64,000 nt of DNA, taken from positions 4,320,001 to 4,384,000 of the forward strand of contig OZ242326.1 in assembly GCA_965208325.1 (NCBI GenBank). The letters are read 5' to 3'. The notes under the pieces are model-generated. The model searched no databases and had not been told where the DNA came from. It saw nothing but the letters and a program-made list of their open reading frames with translations. The DNA is from Candidatus Poribacteria bacterium (GTDB lineage Bacteria > Poribacteria > WGA-4E > PCPOR2b). This document shows positions 1-8,443 of this stretch, in pieces. The translations under genes were made by a program, and so were the position numbers. Numbering within the stretch: the first letter of the stretch is position 1; each line of letters starts with the position of its first letter.

Positions 1-66
1 AGATTCACGTGGGAATCCATTGCTCAAGAGACTTATGCGGTCTACCGTGACCTTGTACCGGCATAG
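1..66 (+). CDS. 3' end of a probable glycosyltransferase family 4 (GT-B) protein, truncated by window edge
   Basis: Frame 1 reads RFTWESIAQETYAVYRDLVPA*, matching the typical GT4 C-terminal F[ST]W..IA..T..VY..L helix; not in the ORF track. Confidence 0.6.
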   Translation, partial: RFTWESIAQETYAVYRDLVPA

Positions 67-280
67 CGAATTTCAGTTGCAAACAACACACTAACGCATT
101 GAACGTTGATGGCACGTCCGCGGTTGCTCATGGATACCAGATGACGTGACTTCCTTAATCTTTCGAAAAACCGATAAACCGTTGAAGGGTTGCAAAATGG
201 GAGATGCGTATTTTGGCGAAAAACGCCCATTCCAATACCTCACTTTCTACGTTAGGTTAATCCCTCCAAGGCACGCCGAC

Positions 281-1297
281 GTGACGCGCCATGCGTGTTA
301 CGCGTCGCGTTTCAAATTTTACGCGCTCGCCGGTTTTTTCCTAGCCGTTAGTCTGGTCTCTGCGCCGCGCAGTGCCGCAGATGCCGGATCTCCGCAAAGC
401 CAAAAACCAATTGATTATGTTGTTGCTGTGGTAAATGATAGGGCAATCACATTGAGTGCACTGGAAAACGAACTGATCATTAGACAGATTCGAGAGTCAT
501 CGGACGGGGTGAATCGAGCGCGGTTATTGAAAAATCTCATCGAACAAAATCTGTTGTTGCAGGAGGCAGAACGGTGGGGAATTCCACTGGCACGCTGGAA
601 GGATAAGGTCAATGCAGAGGTCGAGGATATCAAATCCAAATACGACTCGGAATTGCTGTTTTTTGAGGAACTTGAAGAAAGCGGGTTGGAATTTAAAGAT
701 TTGGAGGAGTGGATTAAATCTCGTTTAATCTTGAACGAGCTGATAGTCCGCCGATTTCATAGCAAATTTGATAAGGAGGCTATTGAACAGGCTGCGATTC
801 AATACTTCAAGCAAAACCAGTTCTTTCAATTCCAATATATCATAGTGTTCTCAAGCCCTGAAGATTCGCTTGATCAACAAGCCCAAACGAAGCAAATCGC
901 GGAGAAGATTTACACGCGGTTGCAAGCGGGCGCGGAGTTTGACGACATTCAACAAACCTACGAATCTGCGCCCAATGTTAAGGTGGAGTACCAGCCTCAA
1001 ATCATTGCCGCTGACACCAAGTTGGGACGAACCGTTGCAAAACTTGGGAACAATGAACTGAGCCACCCTATTTTAACGCCCGAAGGCTTCCTAATCTGCA
1101 AATTGATGGACGAATCGTCGCCATATTGGAAATCTGATGAAGCGGCTATTGAAGATATAAAAATTACGATGATTCAGAAGGAAGAGAGATCGCAAGTTGA
1201 CGCGTGGTTAAAGGCGCAGTGGGAGGTGGGGAGTATTCGTATCTTGGATGCCGAACTGGCGCATATACAGACGACCGAACACCAACCAGAGCATTAA
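281..1297 (+). CDS. SurA-like periplasmic chaperone / parvulin-type PPIase domain protein (start uncertain, ORF open from 146)
   Basis: Signal-like hydrophobic stretch, then IDYVVAVVNDRAITLS and L..LIEQNLLLQEAER.GI (SurA N-domain); degenerate PPIase region. Confidence 0.7.
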   Translation: MTRHACYASRFKFYALAGFFLAVSLVSAPRSAADAGSPQSQKPIDYVVAVVNDRAITLSALENELIIRQIRESSDGVNRARLLKNLIEQNLLLQEAERWGIPLARWKDKVNAEVEDIKSKYDSELLFFEELEESGLEFKDLEEWIKSRLILNELIVRRFHSKFDKEAIEQAAIQYFKQNQFFQFQYIIVFSSPEDSLDQQAQTKQIAEKIYTRLQAGAEFDDIQQTYESAPNVKVEYQPQIIAADTKLGRTVAKLGNNELSHPILTPEGFLICKLMDESSPYWKSDEAAIEDIKITMIQKEERSQVDAWLKAQWEVGSIRILDAELAHIQTTEHQPEH

Positions 1298-1468
1298 TCT
1301 TAGGCGTGTGAACTCAACTCAAATCCCTCGTTGCAGCGCGTTGGTTAGGCTAGTAAATGACGGATTCATTCCAAAATTTGTAAACTTAGGTTTTCGAAGT
1401 TTGTAGATTTATGTTGTGCTCCGCTGTAAACGTCTATTAACCCATAACGTGAAAGGAAAATCGAGACT

Positions 1469-1900
1469 ATGGTTTTAACATTTTTGAATAAACATAGACA
1501 TATTGGGCTTTTAATTCTCCGTATTGGACTGGGGTGCATGTTCCTCATTCACGGCGGCCCCAAGCTGTTTGGCGGACCTGAGAAATGGGAAAAAATCGGC
1601 ATGGCGATGAATTACCTTGGCATTGGGTTCATACCAGCGTTTTGGGGGTTCATGGCTGCAATTTCAGAGTTCATAGGGGGTGCCTGCCTAATTCTCGGAC
1701 TATTCTTCAGGCCGGCGTGTATCCTTTTAACGATTACCATGCTGGTCGCCGCTATCTTCCATCTGGGTCGAGGCGATGGTTTTTCGGGAGCGGCTCACCC
1801 CATCGAAGTTGGCATCGTTTTTCTGAGTTTAATCCTGATTGGAGCAGGAAACTATAGCCTTGACGAAAGACTCAACCCTCGACAAAGCGAGGATGGCTAG
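1469..1900 (+). CDS. DoxX family membrane protein
   Basis: LRIGLGCMFLIHGGPKL, EFIGG..LILGLF.R and GAG.YSLD motifs; four hydrophobic segments. Confidence 0.9.
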   Translation: MVLTFLNKHRHIGLLILRIGLGCMFLIHGGPKLFGGPEKWEKIGMAMNYLGIGFIPAFWGFMAAISEFIGGACLILGLFFRPACILLTITMLVAAIFHLGRGDGFSGAAHPIEVGIVFLSLILIGAGNYSLDERLNPRQSEDG

Positions 1901-2196
1901 TTTTGTAGGTTAGGTTTCGCTGCGTCCATCGTATTTTGCATGCAGTTTGCCTAACAAAGCGGTTTGATATAATAGACATCTTTCCAAATTAATTCCGCCG
2001 CCCGATAGCACCAGACGGGATCTTCGATCGTCAAATCGAAGATAGTTTTTTCAGGCATGTTCAGAAACCACATTCGACAACGTTCCAAAATATTTTCAGA
2101 GTCCGATGTTGCTTCAGTTTTGTCAACCACATTGAGTAAATTAGGAAAGATGTCTAATGAACAACTTCCAATGTACCCGCTCTATCCAACCTACAA
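1901..2196. repeat. Degenerate REP-doublet (REPIN-like) element 1
   Basis: TTGTAGGTTAGGTTTCGCTGCG at ~1903 faces CCCGCTCTATCCAACCTACAA at 2176-2196; 1908-1972 resembles 2460-2524. Confidence 0.6.
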
Positions 2197-2212
2197 ATGC
2201 TGTCGCGGGGAA

Positions 2213-2566
2213 GTTCTTGTAGGTTGGGTAGAGCGGTGATGGTGAGACAGTCGAAGTATGCCGCAGGGTATTCGTTCGATGAGATTTGTTGATAATTTTT
2301 ATAGTGAAGCGAAACCCAACGTTTTTGGAGCGTTCGGGTAACCGGTTGTCGGCCTAAACGACGGGGACGATCGGAATAGGAAAAAACAAGGCGTTGTTTG
2401 GTGTTCGGAGTGGCAGGTTGAATACGGAATCGTATTGGAATGCTGGAGGTTTTAAGGACGTTGGGTTTCGCTGCGTTCATCGTATCTTGTGCGCCGTCAG
2501 CGTAACAGAGCGATTCGTTTTAATGTGCGGTTTTCGGTTTACCCGCTCTACCCAACCTACAAGAAC
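2213..2566. repeat. REP-doublet / MITE-like element 2 with nested inverted repeats
   Basis: Perfect 24-bp outer IR (GTTCTTGTAGGTTGGGTAGAGCGG 2213-2236 / 2543-2566) and perfect 15-bp inner IR (AGCGAAACCCAACGT 2308-2322 / 2458-2472); GTAG-headed like known REPs. Confidence 0.85.
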
Positions 2567-2665
2567 AGAGTAAACATTATCCCAATTTACTACTGATACT
2601 TTCGCGAAGCAGGGCGGTATATCCCGCGTGCTTGTCCTAACGCTTACCCAAACACGGACTAAAAA

Positions 2666-3625
2666 ATGAACGTCGAGAGAGATTATTTCTGGTTTCGGCT
2701 CTTTAAGACGCGTGATATCGGTACCAAGTCTTTGATCGAGATTGACAAAATTCTCGAAAAGAAGAACCGCACCGCTGAAATCTCTTCGTGGAGCCATAGC
2801 GACCTTTTGATGCAATATCCGGAATTAGCGGAATTCTTTTCCAAAATCTCTGAAGAAGATGAGAACGCGGTGCATGAAGAGTATGAGGAACTCAAAAGCA
2901 ATAGTGTTGAAATTATCTACCCGTCGCACCCCAATATTCCGCCAAATTCCCTTGAAATTGCACCGATTCTATTTTTAAAGGGAAAACGAACGCTGCTCGC
3001 TTCCAATGGGGTTGCAATCGTAGGATCGCGGAATGTGTCAGATACGGGGATTTGCGTGGCGGGGAAAATCGCCGCTGAACTCGCGAACGAAGCATTAAAC
3101 GTTGTATCCGGATACGCCAAGGGCGTGGACTCCAAAGCCCACTTGAGTGCGTTAGCCGCAGAGGGAACAACTACGATAGTACTTCCCTACGGCATCAAGG
3201 AATTGCGTCAGAAAAAAGCACTGAAAGAATTTGACTGGCGGCGAGATGTGCTGGCAGTTTCGCAATTTGCACCGGGCGCCAAGTGGCTAGCGCGGAACGC
3301 GATGGTTCGGAATAACCTCATTTGTGCGCTTTCCAAGGCTGTAGTCGTGATTGAATCGGGACCTGAACGAGACGCAAAGGGTAAAATGTCAGGAACTTTC
3401 AACACCGCACAAACGGCGCTACGCATGAAGTTACCGCTGTTTGTCATAAATCCGGAATGCTTTGACAATCCTCCGATTGGTAACGCTAACCTAATTGACC
3501 TAGGCGGTGAACGCCTCAATCCAGACGGCGCCGCGAAGACGATTTCCGAACGCATTTTTGCCGCACAAACGGAATTGTCTCCCGGCAAAAAGCAGGATTC
3601 TCATGTGCAATTGGAGTTCTTGTAG
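2666..3625 (+). CDS. DprA/Smf-like (SLOG family) DNA-processing protein
   Basis: VAIVGSR, VVSGYAKGVDSKAH, RN.LICALSKAVVVIES and SGTFNTA motifs; atypical N-terminus, no C-terminal winged helix. Confidence 0.85.
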   Translation: MNVERDYFWFRLFKTRDIGTKSLIEIDKILEKKNRTAEISSWSHSDLLMQYPELAEFFSKISEEDENAVHEEYEELKSNSVEIIYPSHPNIPPNSLEIAPILFLKGKRTLLASNGVAIVGSRNVSDTGICVAGKIAAELANEALNVVSGYAKGVDSKAHLSALAAEGTTTIVLPYGIKELRQKKALKEFDWRRDVLAVSQFAPGAKWLARNAMVRNNLICALSKAVVVIESGPERDAKGKMSGTFNTAQTALRMKLPLFVINPECFDNPPIGNANLIDLGGERLNPDGAAKTISERIFAAQTELSPGKKQDSHVQLEFL

Positions 3626-3668
3626 GTTGGGTAGAGCGAGTGCGGCGAGTCGGAAATCGTTCCTGCAG
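3616..3668. repeat. REP copy overlapping the dprA-like stop codon
   Basis: GTTCTTGTAGGTTGGGTAGAGCG at 3616-3638 is identical to 2213-2235; followed by GGAAATCGTTCCTGCAG. Confidence 0.8.
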
Positions 3669-3753
3669 AGAGAGAGTAAGTTCCAGATTCGCAATGAAAC
3701 GTTTCTCCGTGCCGTGACATACGAGCAGTGCAAAAGAATATGAGAAATCTGAA

Positions 3754-4977
3754 TTAATCCTCCAGTGGGTTATCATTCGTTTTTGGGTGCTTCGCAAGTT
3801 GTTCTGAATCTATCAACTTAAATTTTCCGTTGTTCTGGTCCGTCAAGGAGACCAACAGTTGAGCTCCCATCGGACGGTGCAAATTTATTTCAAGTCCGAT
3901 AACGTAAATGCTAGCATTGTTGACATTCTTCGCTCGAACGGTCTCAAGTATTTTCCTAGAATCAGTTTCAATATAGACTTGCGTGTTTTGGCCTGCCGTG
4001 GGCACTCCATCGGTGACCAACACGATGACAGACGTGTCAGTTTCAAGGGCTTTTTCAACCGCTGCAAGTAGGTTTGTCCCTTGGTAATTCGCGATGCGTT
4101 CAGGGGTAAATCGATTGAGGTATTTTGACGCTATTTCAATATTTTCAAGCGTCGCAGGCAAGAGCGATTTGCTCATCAGTGTAGCTTGAGCCGAGAACGT
4201 GACAATATTGAAATTATCGTCGCTGCCAAGCGAACGCAGCGATTGTTTAATTGACTGAAGTGCGAGTTCAAGTTTCTTCAATCCTGCTACCTGCATACTT
4301 GCAGAGACATCAAGGCAATAGACGATGTTTTGCGGGCCTTCAAACTCGTCAAGAAAGTCGATGATACCCAATTTATCGCCGATTCCCGAATTCCCACCCC
4401 CGCCAAGCAGTCCGTCAATGGAATCGCCGTAAGAATCAACACCGAACATCCCGTTGCGCTGCCCGGGTACCCGCACACGTCCCGTGACCTTGCCCTGCCC
4501 GTCCACCGGTCCAGGGTGGGAAACCAGCCGTTCAAGATTTGATGCTTCAGCGTCACGGAGTTGGGCGTCCGTCATTAATTCAGGAATCTTCTCACTTGGC
4601 GCTGCCGTGTTGACTTCGATATTTTTGTACACAATCCGTTCACTGAGACGCATGACTTCTCGAATTTTGTTGGGTGAGGATTCGGCGAGTTTGTTTTTTG
4701 CCTCGCGCGCAAGCAGTTCATCGGGTCTGCGGACTGTCTTTTTTAACGGCGGTTTGGTCTTGGGCTGCCGCAGTTTCAGTTTAGGTAAGTCCTTGACCCA
4801 TTCCACGGCTATGCTATCTTCGTCTTTGACAGGTTTCTGCTGAAGGACAAAAAGATAGATGATTACAGCGATGAGGTGAAAGATTAACGACAGGAGCAGC
4901 GCCGAACGCCTCTGAGTTTTGCTGCGCTCAATCTGCTCTTGTCTGGCAGCCAAGGTTGTCAATTGTAACGTTGTCAT
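3754..4977 (-). CDS. Membrane-anchored von Willebrand factor A (vWA) domain protein with TonB-like N-terminus
   Basis: N-terminal TM with SLIFH; Pro/Lys-rich linker; MIDAS DVSASM, FNIVTFS, GTNL..A and LVTDG. Confidence 0.85.
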   Translation of the reverse strand: MTTLQLTTLAARQEQIERSKTQRRSALLLSLIFHLIAVIIYLFVLQQKPVKDEDSIAVEWVKDLPKLKLRQPKTKPPLKKTVRRPDELLAREAKNKLAESSPNKIREVMRLSERIVYKNIEVNTAAPSEKIPELMTDAQLRDAEASNLERLVSHPGPVDGQGKVTGRVRVPGQRNGMFGVDSYGDSIDGLLGGGGNSGIGDKLGIIDFLDEFEGPQNIVYCLDVSASMQVAGLKKLELALQSIKQSLRSLGSDDNFNIVTFSAQATLMSKSLLPATLENIEIASKYLNRFTPERIANYQGTNLLAAVEKALETDTSVIVLVTDGVPTAGQNTQVYIETDSRKILETVRAKNVNNASIYVIGLEINLHRPMGAQLLVSLTDQNNGKFKLIDSEQLAKHPKTNDNPLED

Positions 4978-5060
4978 TGTAGACTCCTCAATTCATCGGG
5001 CGAATCCATCACAGAATCTCTTGAATCTAGCTGCGGGATCATCAACACAATATAAATATA

Positions 5061-5075
5061 GCAATTAATGTGCCA
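5061..5075 (-). promoter_or_regulatory. Sigma54 (-24/-12) promoter for the vWA gene
   Basis: Minus strand TGGCAC-ATTAA-TTGC, exact TGGCAC-N5-TTGC consensus, ~85 bp upstream of the start. Confidence 0.7.
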
Positions 5076-5210
5076 TAAGGAAGTATGCGCTACACTTTTG
5101 CACATTGTGCTAGAAAATGAGCGAAAAACTGTCATCTATCAGAAACATATAAAGGGAATCCTGTGGTAATCTTGATACAGAAGCGGCACTAGAATGAGAC
5201 GCGAATCAAT

Positions 5211-5284
5211 TTCTTGTAAGTTGGGTAGAGCGATTGGCCGAATATGTGCCGCGAATGCCGCGATTAGGAAATCGCTCCTACAAG
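5211..5284. repeat. REP copy (hybrid arms)
   Basis: TTCTTGTAAGTTGGGTAGAGCG at 5211-5232 and GGAAATCGCTCCTACAAG at 5267-5284; same layout as 3616-3668. Confidence 0.7.
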
Positions 5285-5315
5285 GGGAGCAAAAAAACTT
5301 ACCGCCATTTTTCCC

Positions 5316-5345
5316 TTGACACGCCAACTTACCATTATGTATAAT
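5316..5345 (+). promoter_or_regulatory. Sigma70-type promoter
   Basis: TTGACA-N18-TATAAT. Confidence 0.6.
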
Positions 5346-5390
5346 CTGGCAAGATTCTGCTAAAATTCATGAAGTTATATAACGGCGAGG

Positions 5391-5429
5391 CGAGGGCGCT
5401 GTATCGTGTCTACCCTCGTTTTTTTTTTT
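5391..5429 (+). terminator. Probable intrinsic terminator
   Basis: CGAGGG...CCCTCG stem followed by 11 T. Confidence 0.55.
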
Positions 5430-5696
5430 GCTTGAAAAAACACAACATGTGTACAACCCGATCCGTGAAACGTGTCCCAAAAATGGAATTCTCGATTTAA
5501 GGGCACAAAAGGGCACAAAAGGACACATTGCGTCAGGCGCATTGAGAGGACGTTCGATACGCCGCGGAGCTAGTGTTTAACGTGTTTCTTAAGCAATCGA
5601 ATGTGCCAAAATCAAAATAAATTTTGCCGATTGGGGAAAGTGCCCCCGAGGGCAAAATCGCGGCAGCGGGGACACGAATCTTTAAACGATTTGCGG

Positions 5697-5725
5697 TTGA
5701 CACTCAAACACGATACGAATATAAT
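5697..5725 (+). promoter_or_regulatory. Sigma70-type promoter of the TRAP operon
   Basis: Perfect TTGACA-N17-TATAAT, 80 bp upstream of 5805. Confidence 0.75.
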
Positions 5726-5804
5726 ACACGAGCAATGGTGGATTTTCAATTCGCACCGAGGTTTTTCAAGCGCTTCATAATGTTAATCGCCTACGGAATT
5801 CAAG

Positions 5805-6758
5805 ATGACAAACTTTAGAGTAAATTATCTGTATGTTTTTATTGTCTACCTGTCCTCGATATTGATTGCCGGTTGCAGCACAACCAAATTAACTGTCAAC
5901 CAAACAGTGAAGGTTTTTGCAAAAGCCTCCAAAACCTACGACAAGGAAGCTGACCTAATGCTTGCGGATGCCGGCATCAGGTCGAACCTCAAGACTTTCG
6001 AGGGACTGCGGGAGATTGTGCCTGAAAATCAGCGGCTGATGACGCTTACGGCGAGATCATTCGCCTCGTATGCATTTGGCTTTGTTGAAGACAAGATGGA
6101 AGCTGCAGCGGCAGTTGGCGACTTTCAAACTGAATCTGAAATGCGTGCGCGCGCGATCGATTATTATGGACGCAGCAAACGCTCTGGTTTGAGGGCTTTG
6201 TCGAAAGTGAATTCAAAATTTCCGGATGCATTGGACGGTGCGCCGGAGAAGTTGGAACGCGCGTTAAAGGGCTTCAAGAAAAAACACGTGCCGGCGCTAT
6301 TCTGGACGGCGTATGCATGGGGTAGGTCGATAAATCTGCAGCAGGACAATCCGATGCTGCTCGTCGATCTTGCCAACGTCGAGATGATGATGCGCCGCGT
6401 TATCGAACTTGATGAATCCTTTTATTTCGGCGGCGCGCATCTGTTTTTCAGCGCTTACTACGGCAGCCGTTCGCCGCAGTTGGGAGGAAACCCGGAGAAA
6501 GTGAAGCAACATCTGCAAAAGGTGGACGAAATCAACAATGGCAAATTTCAGTTTAGCAAGTTGTTTCTCGCCCGCTATTACGCTTATCCCCTTCAGGATA
6601 GGGCACTTTACGAACAGACGCTGCAAGAGATTGTTGATGCGCCGATTGACGTGTTCCCGGAACATCGAATTTCTACCGCGATTGCTAAAGCGCGCGCCAA
6701 GCGTTGGCTTGCCCAGACTGACGATGTGTTTGGTGAAGCAGATGCCCGCGATGAGTAA
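5805..6758 (+). CDS. TRAP transporter T-component lipoprotein (TatT-like)
   Basis: Lipobox IAGC; helical repeats; VPALFWTAYAWG, ELDESFYFGGAH and LGGNPEK motifs; first gene of a dctPQM operon. Confidence 0.8.
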   Translation: MTNFRVNYLYVFIVYLSSILIAGCSTTKLTVNQTVKVFAKASKTYDKEADLMLADAGIRSNLKTFEGLREIVPENQRLMTLTARSFASYAFGFVEDKMEAAAAVGDFQTESEMRARAIDYYGRSKRSGLRALSKVNSKFPDALDGAPEKLERALKGFKKKHVPALFWTAYAWGRSINLQQDNPMLLVDLANVEMMMRRVIELDESFYFGGAHLFFSAYYGSRSPQLGGNPEKVKQHLQKVDEINNGKFQFSKLFLARYYAYPLQDRALYEQTLQEIVDAPIDVFPEHRISTAIAKARAKRWLAQTDDVFGEADARDE

Positions 6759-6882
6759 CATTCAGTAAATTGCGTTGGAGCGTGATTAGTGTCGGGTTGA
6801 GATTGTTGACGCGCATTTTACGATTCACGCATGTTTCGCGGCACCTGCTAGATTTATTAGGTTTATCAGATTGGAGACACGA

Positions 6883-7899
6883 ATGACTCGCTTCACACTA
6901 ATTTGCCTTATTATTTTTATATATGCCAACCTTCTCATTTTACCCGCCGCTAGCGGTGAAGAGACCATTAAATTGGCTACGCTCGCCCCCAAAAACTCGT
7001 CGTGGATGAAAATCTTTTATGCCATGGGGAAGGAAATCGAGGAAAAAAGCGGTAGAAAAGTAAAGATTCGATTTTATCCGGATGGGGTGCAGGGCGATGA
7101 GATTGATGTGATTCGTAAAATGCGCGCGGGACTGCTTCATGCCGGTGCGATGACCGATGTCGGATTAGGTGAGATTCATAAACCTGTGCTTATTTTTCAA
7201 ACATTCCGCATGTTTAATAGCTATGCCGAACTCGACTACGTGCGCAATCAACTGCGGGACGGACTTGAACAAGCGTTCGATGAGGCGGGCTATGTCCTGC
7301 TGGGATGGGGGGATATCGGTTACTACTATATTTTCAGCAATCATCCGATAAAGACCATCGAAGATCTCCGCAATCCAAACGTCAAGGTGTGGGTACGCAC
7401 AGGCGATCCGGTCTCGGAACACTTCTACAAGACTATTGATTTCATCGGCGTTCCAGTATCAGTACCGCAGGTGTTGTTATCATTGCAAACCGGGCAAATC
7501 AACGCGCTGCTTGTTTCGCCGTTGGCGTGCGTTGCGCTGCAGTGGTACCCAAAACTGAAGTACATGTCCGACATGCCAATTAGAATAGGAATCGGCGCAA
7601 CGCTAATCACAAAAGAGAGATACAATCAATTGCCTGCCGAAGCACAGAATATTCTCCGCGATACGGCGCGGGAATATCACCAGAAACTCATCCAGCGCGT
7701 CCGCGAGGACAACGATAAATCGGTCGAGGCGCTGACAAAGAAAGCGGGCATCCAGATTGTGAGAGTTAGCGAGGCAGAGCGGGAGAAGTGGAATACCCGA
7801 TGCTCCCAAATGCGCGATGATCTTGCGGGAAATATATATCCGCAGCCGCTGCTTGAACAGGTGGACGCATTATTGGAAGCGTATCGCGCAGGTCAATAA
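6883..7899 (+). CDS. dctP: TRAP transporter substrate-binding protein DctP
   Basis: IKLATLAPKNSSW and GVQGDE.DVIRKMRAG.L motifs; signal peptide; GGAG RBS before ATG 6883. Confidence 0.9.
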   Translation: MTRFTLICLIIFIYANLLILPAASGEETIKLATLAPKNSSWMKIFYAMGKEIEEKSGRKVKIRFYPDGVQGDEIDVIRKMRAGLLHAGAMTDVGLGEIHKPVLIFQTFRMFNSYAELDYVRNQLRDGLEQAFDEAGYVLLGWGDIGYYYIFSNHPIKTIEDLRNPNVKVWVRTGDPVSEHFYKTIDFIGVPVSVPQVLLSLQTGQINALLVSPLACVALQWYPKLKYMSDMPIRIGIGATLITKERYNQLPAEAQNILRDTAREYHQKLIQRVREDNDKSVEALTKKAGIQIVRVSEAEREKWNTRCSQMRDDLAGNIYPQPLLEQVDALLEAYRAGQ

Positions 7900-7936
7900 C
7901 AAGTTCAACACTAGCCAATCGGCTGAGATTTTCAGA

Positions 7937-8443
7937 TTGAACGCCGTCAAACGAATCAATACCCTCCTTGGAAACATCGAAACTGCGTTGCTATGCCTGA
8001 TTATCCTTTCAATCGTTGGATTGGGGATTCTGAAGATTTTTCTGCGGTATGTTTTTCAGATTAGCCTCCTGTGGAACCAAGTTGTATTGCAGCATTTCAT
8101 ATTGTGGTTAGCGTTCTTGGGGGCATCGCTCGCCACATGCGAAAACCGCCACATTAGTATTGATGTCCTCACCCGATACCTTCCGAAGCGCCTCGTCCAA
8201 TTTACCAATATCCTCGTTCATTTCGTCAGCTTTTTTATTGTCTCCATCCTCGCCTATACCGGTTTCGAATTCATCCGTGATGAGCAGGCGAGCAGCGCAA
8301 CGCTCGCGGGCGCCATACCAATTTGGTGGGCGAAGCTCATCATCCCGATTGGGTTTGTATTAATAGCACTTCACTTTGCTCTCCACACCGTCATGGAGAT
8401 TATGAGCAAGACAAAAGGGGAAGTCGCATCATGGGAGCGTTGA
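7937..8443 (+). CDS. dctQ: TRAP transporter small permease DctQ (start approximate)
   Basis: Four TM segments; WLAFLGASLA...RHISIDVL motif. Confidence 0.85.
   Translation: MNAVKRINTLLGNIETALLCLIILSIVGLGILKIFLRYVFQISLLWNQVVLQHFILWLAFLGASLATCENRHISIDVLTRYLPKRLVQFTNILVHFVSFFIVSILAYTGFEFIRDEQASSATLAGAIPIWWAKLIIPIGFVLIALHFALHTVMEIMSKTKGEVASWER

Noticed and set aside
2057..2815. ORFs 2057-2239, 2154-2480 and 2477-2815 (VGWVER / ALPNLQ peptides)
   Set aside because: These peptides are translations of the REP arm; no RBS or family motifs
5593..5608. Second sigma54-like box TGGCAC-ATTCGA-TTGC on the minus strand
   Set aside because: The spacer is 6 rather than 5 nt, and sigma54 spacing is strict
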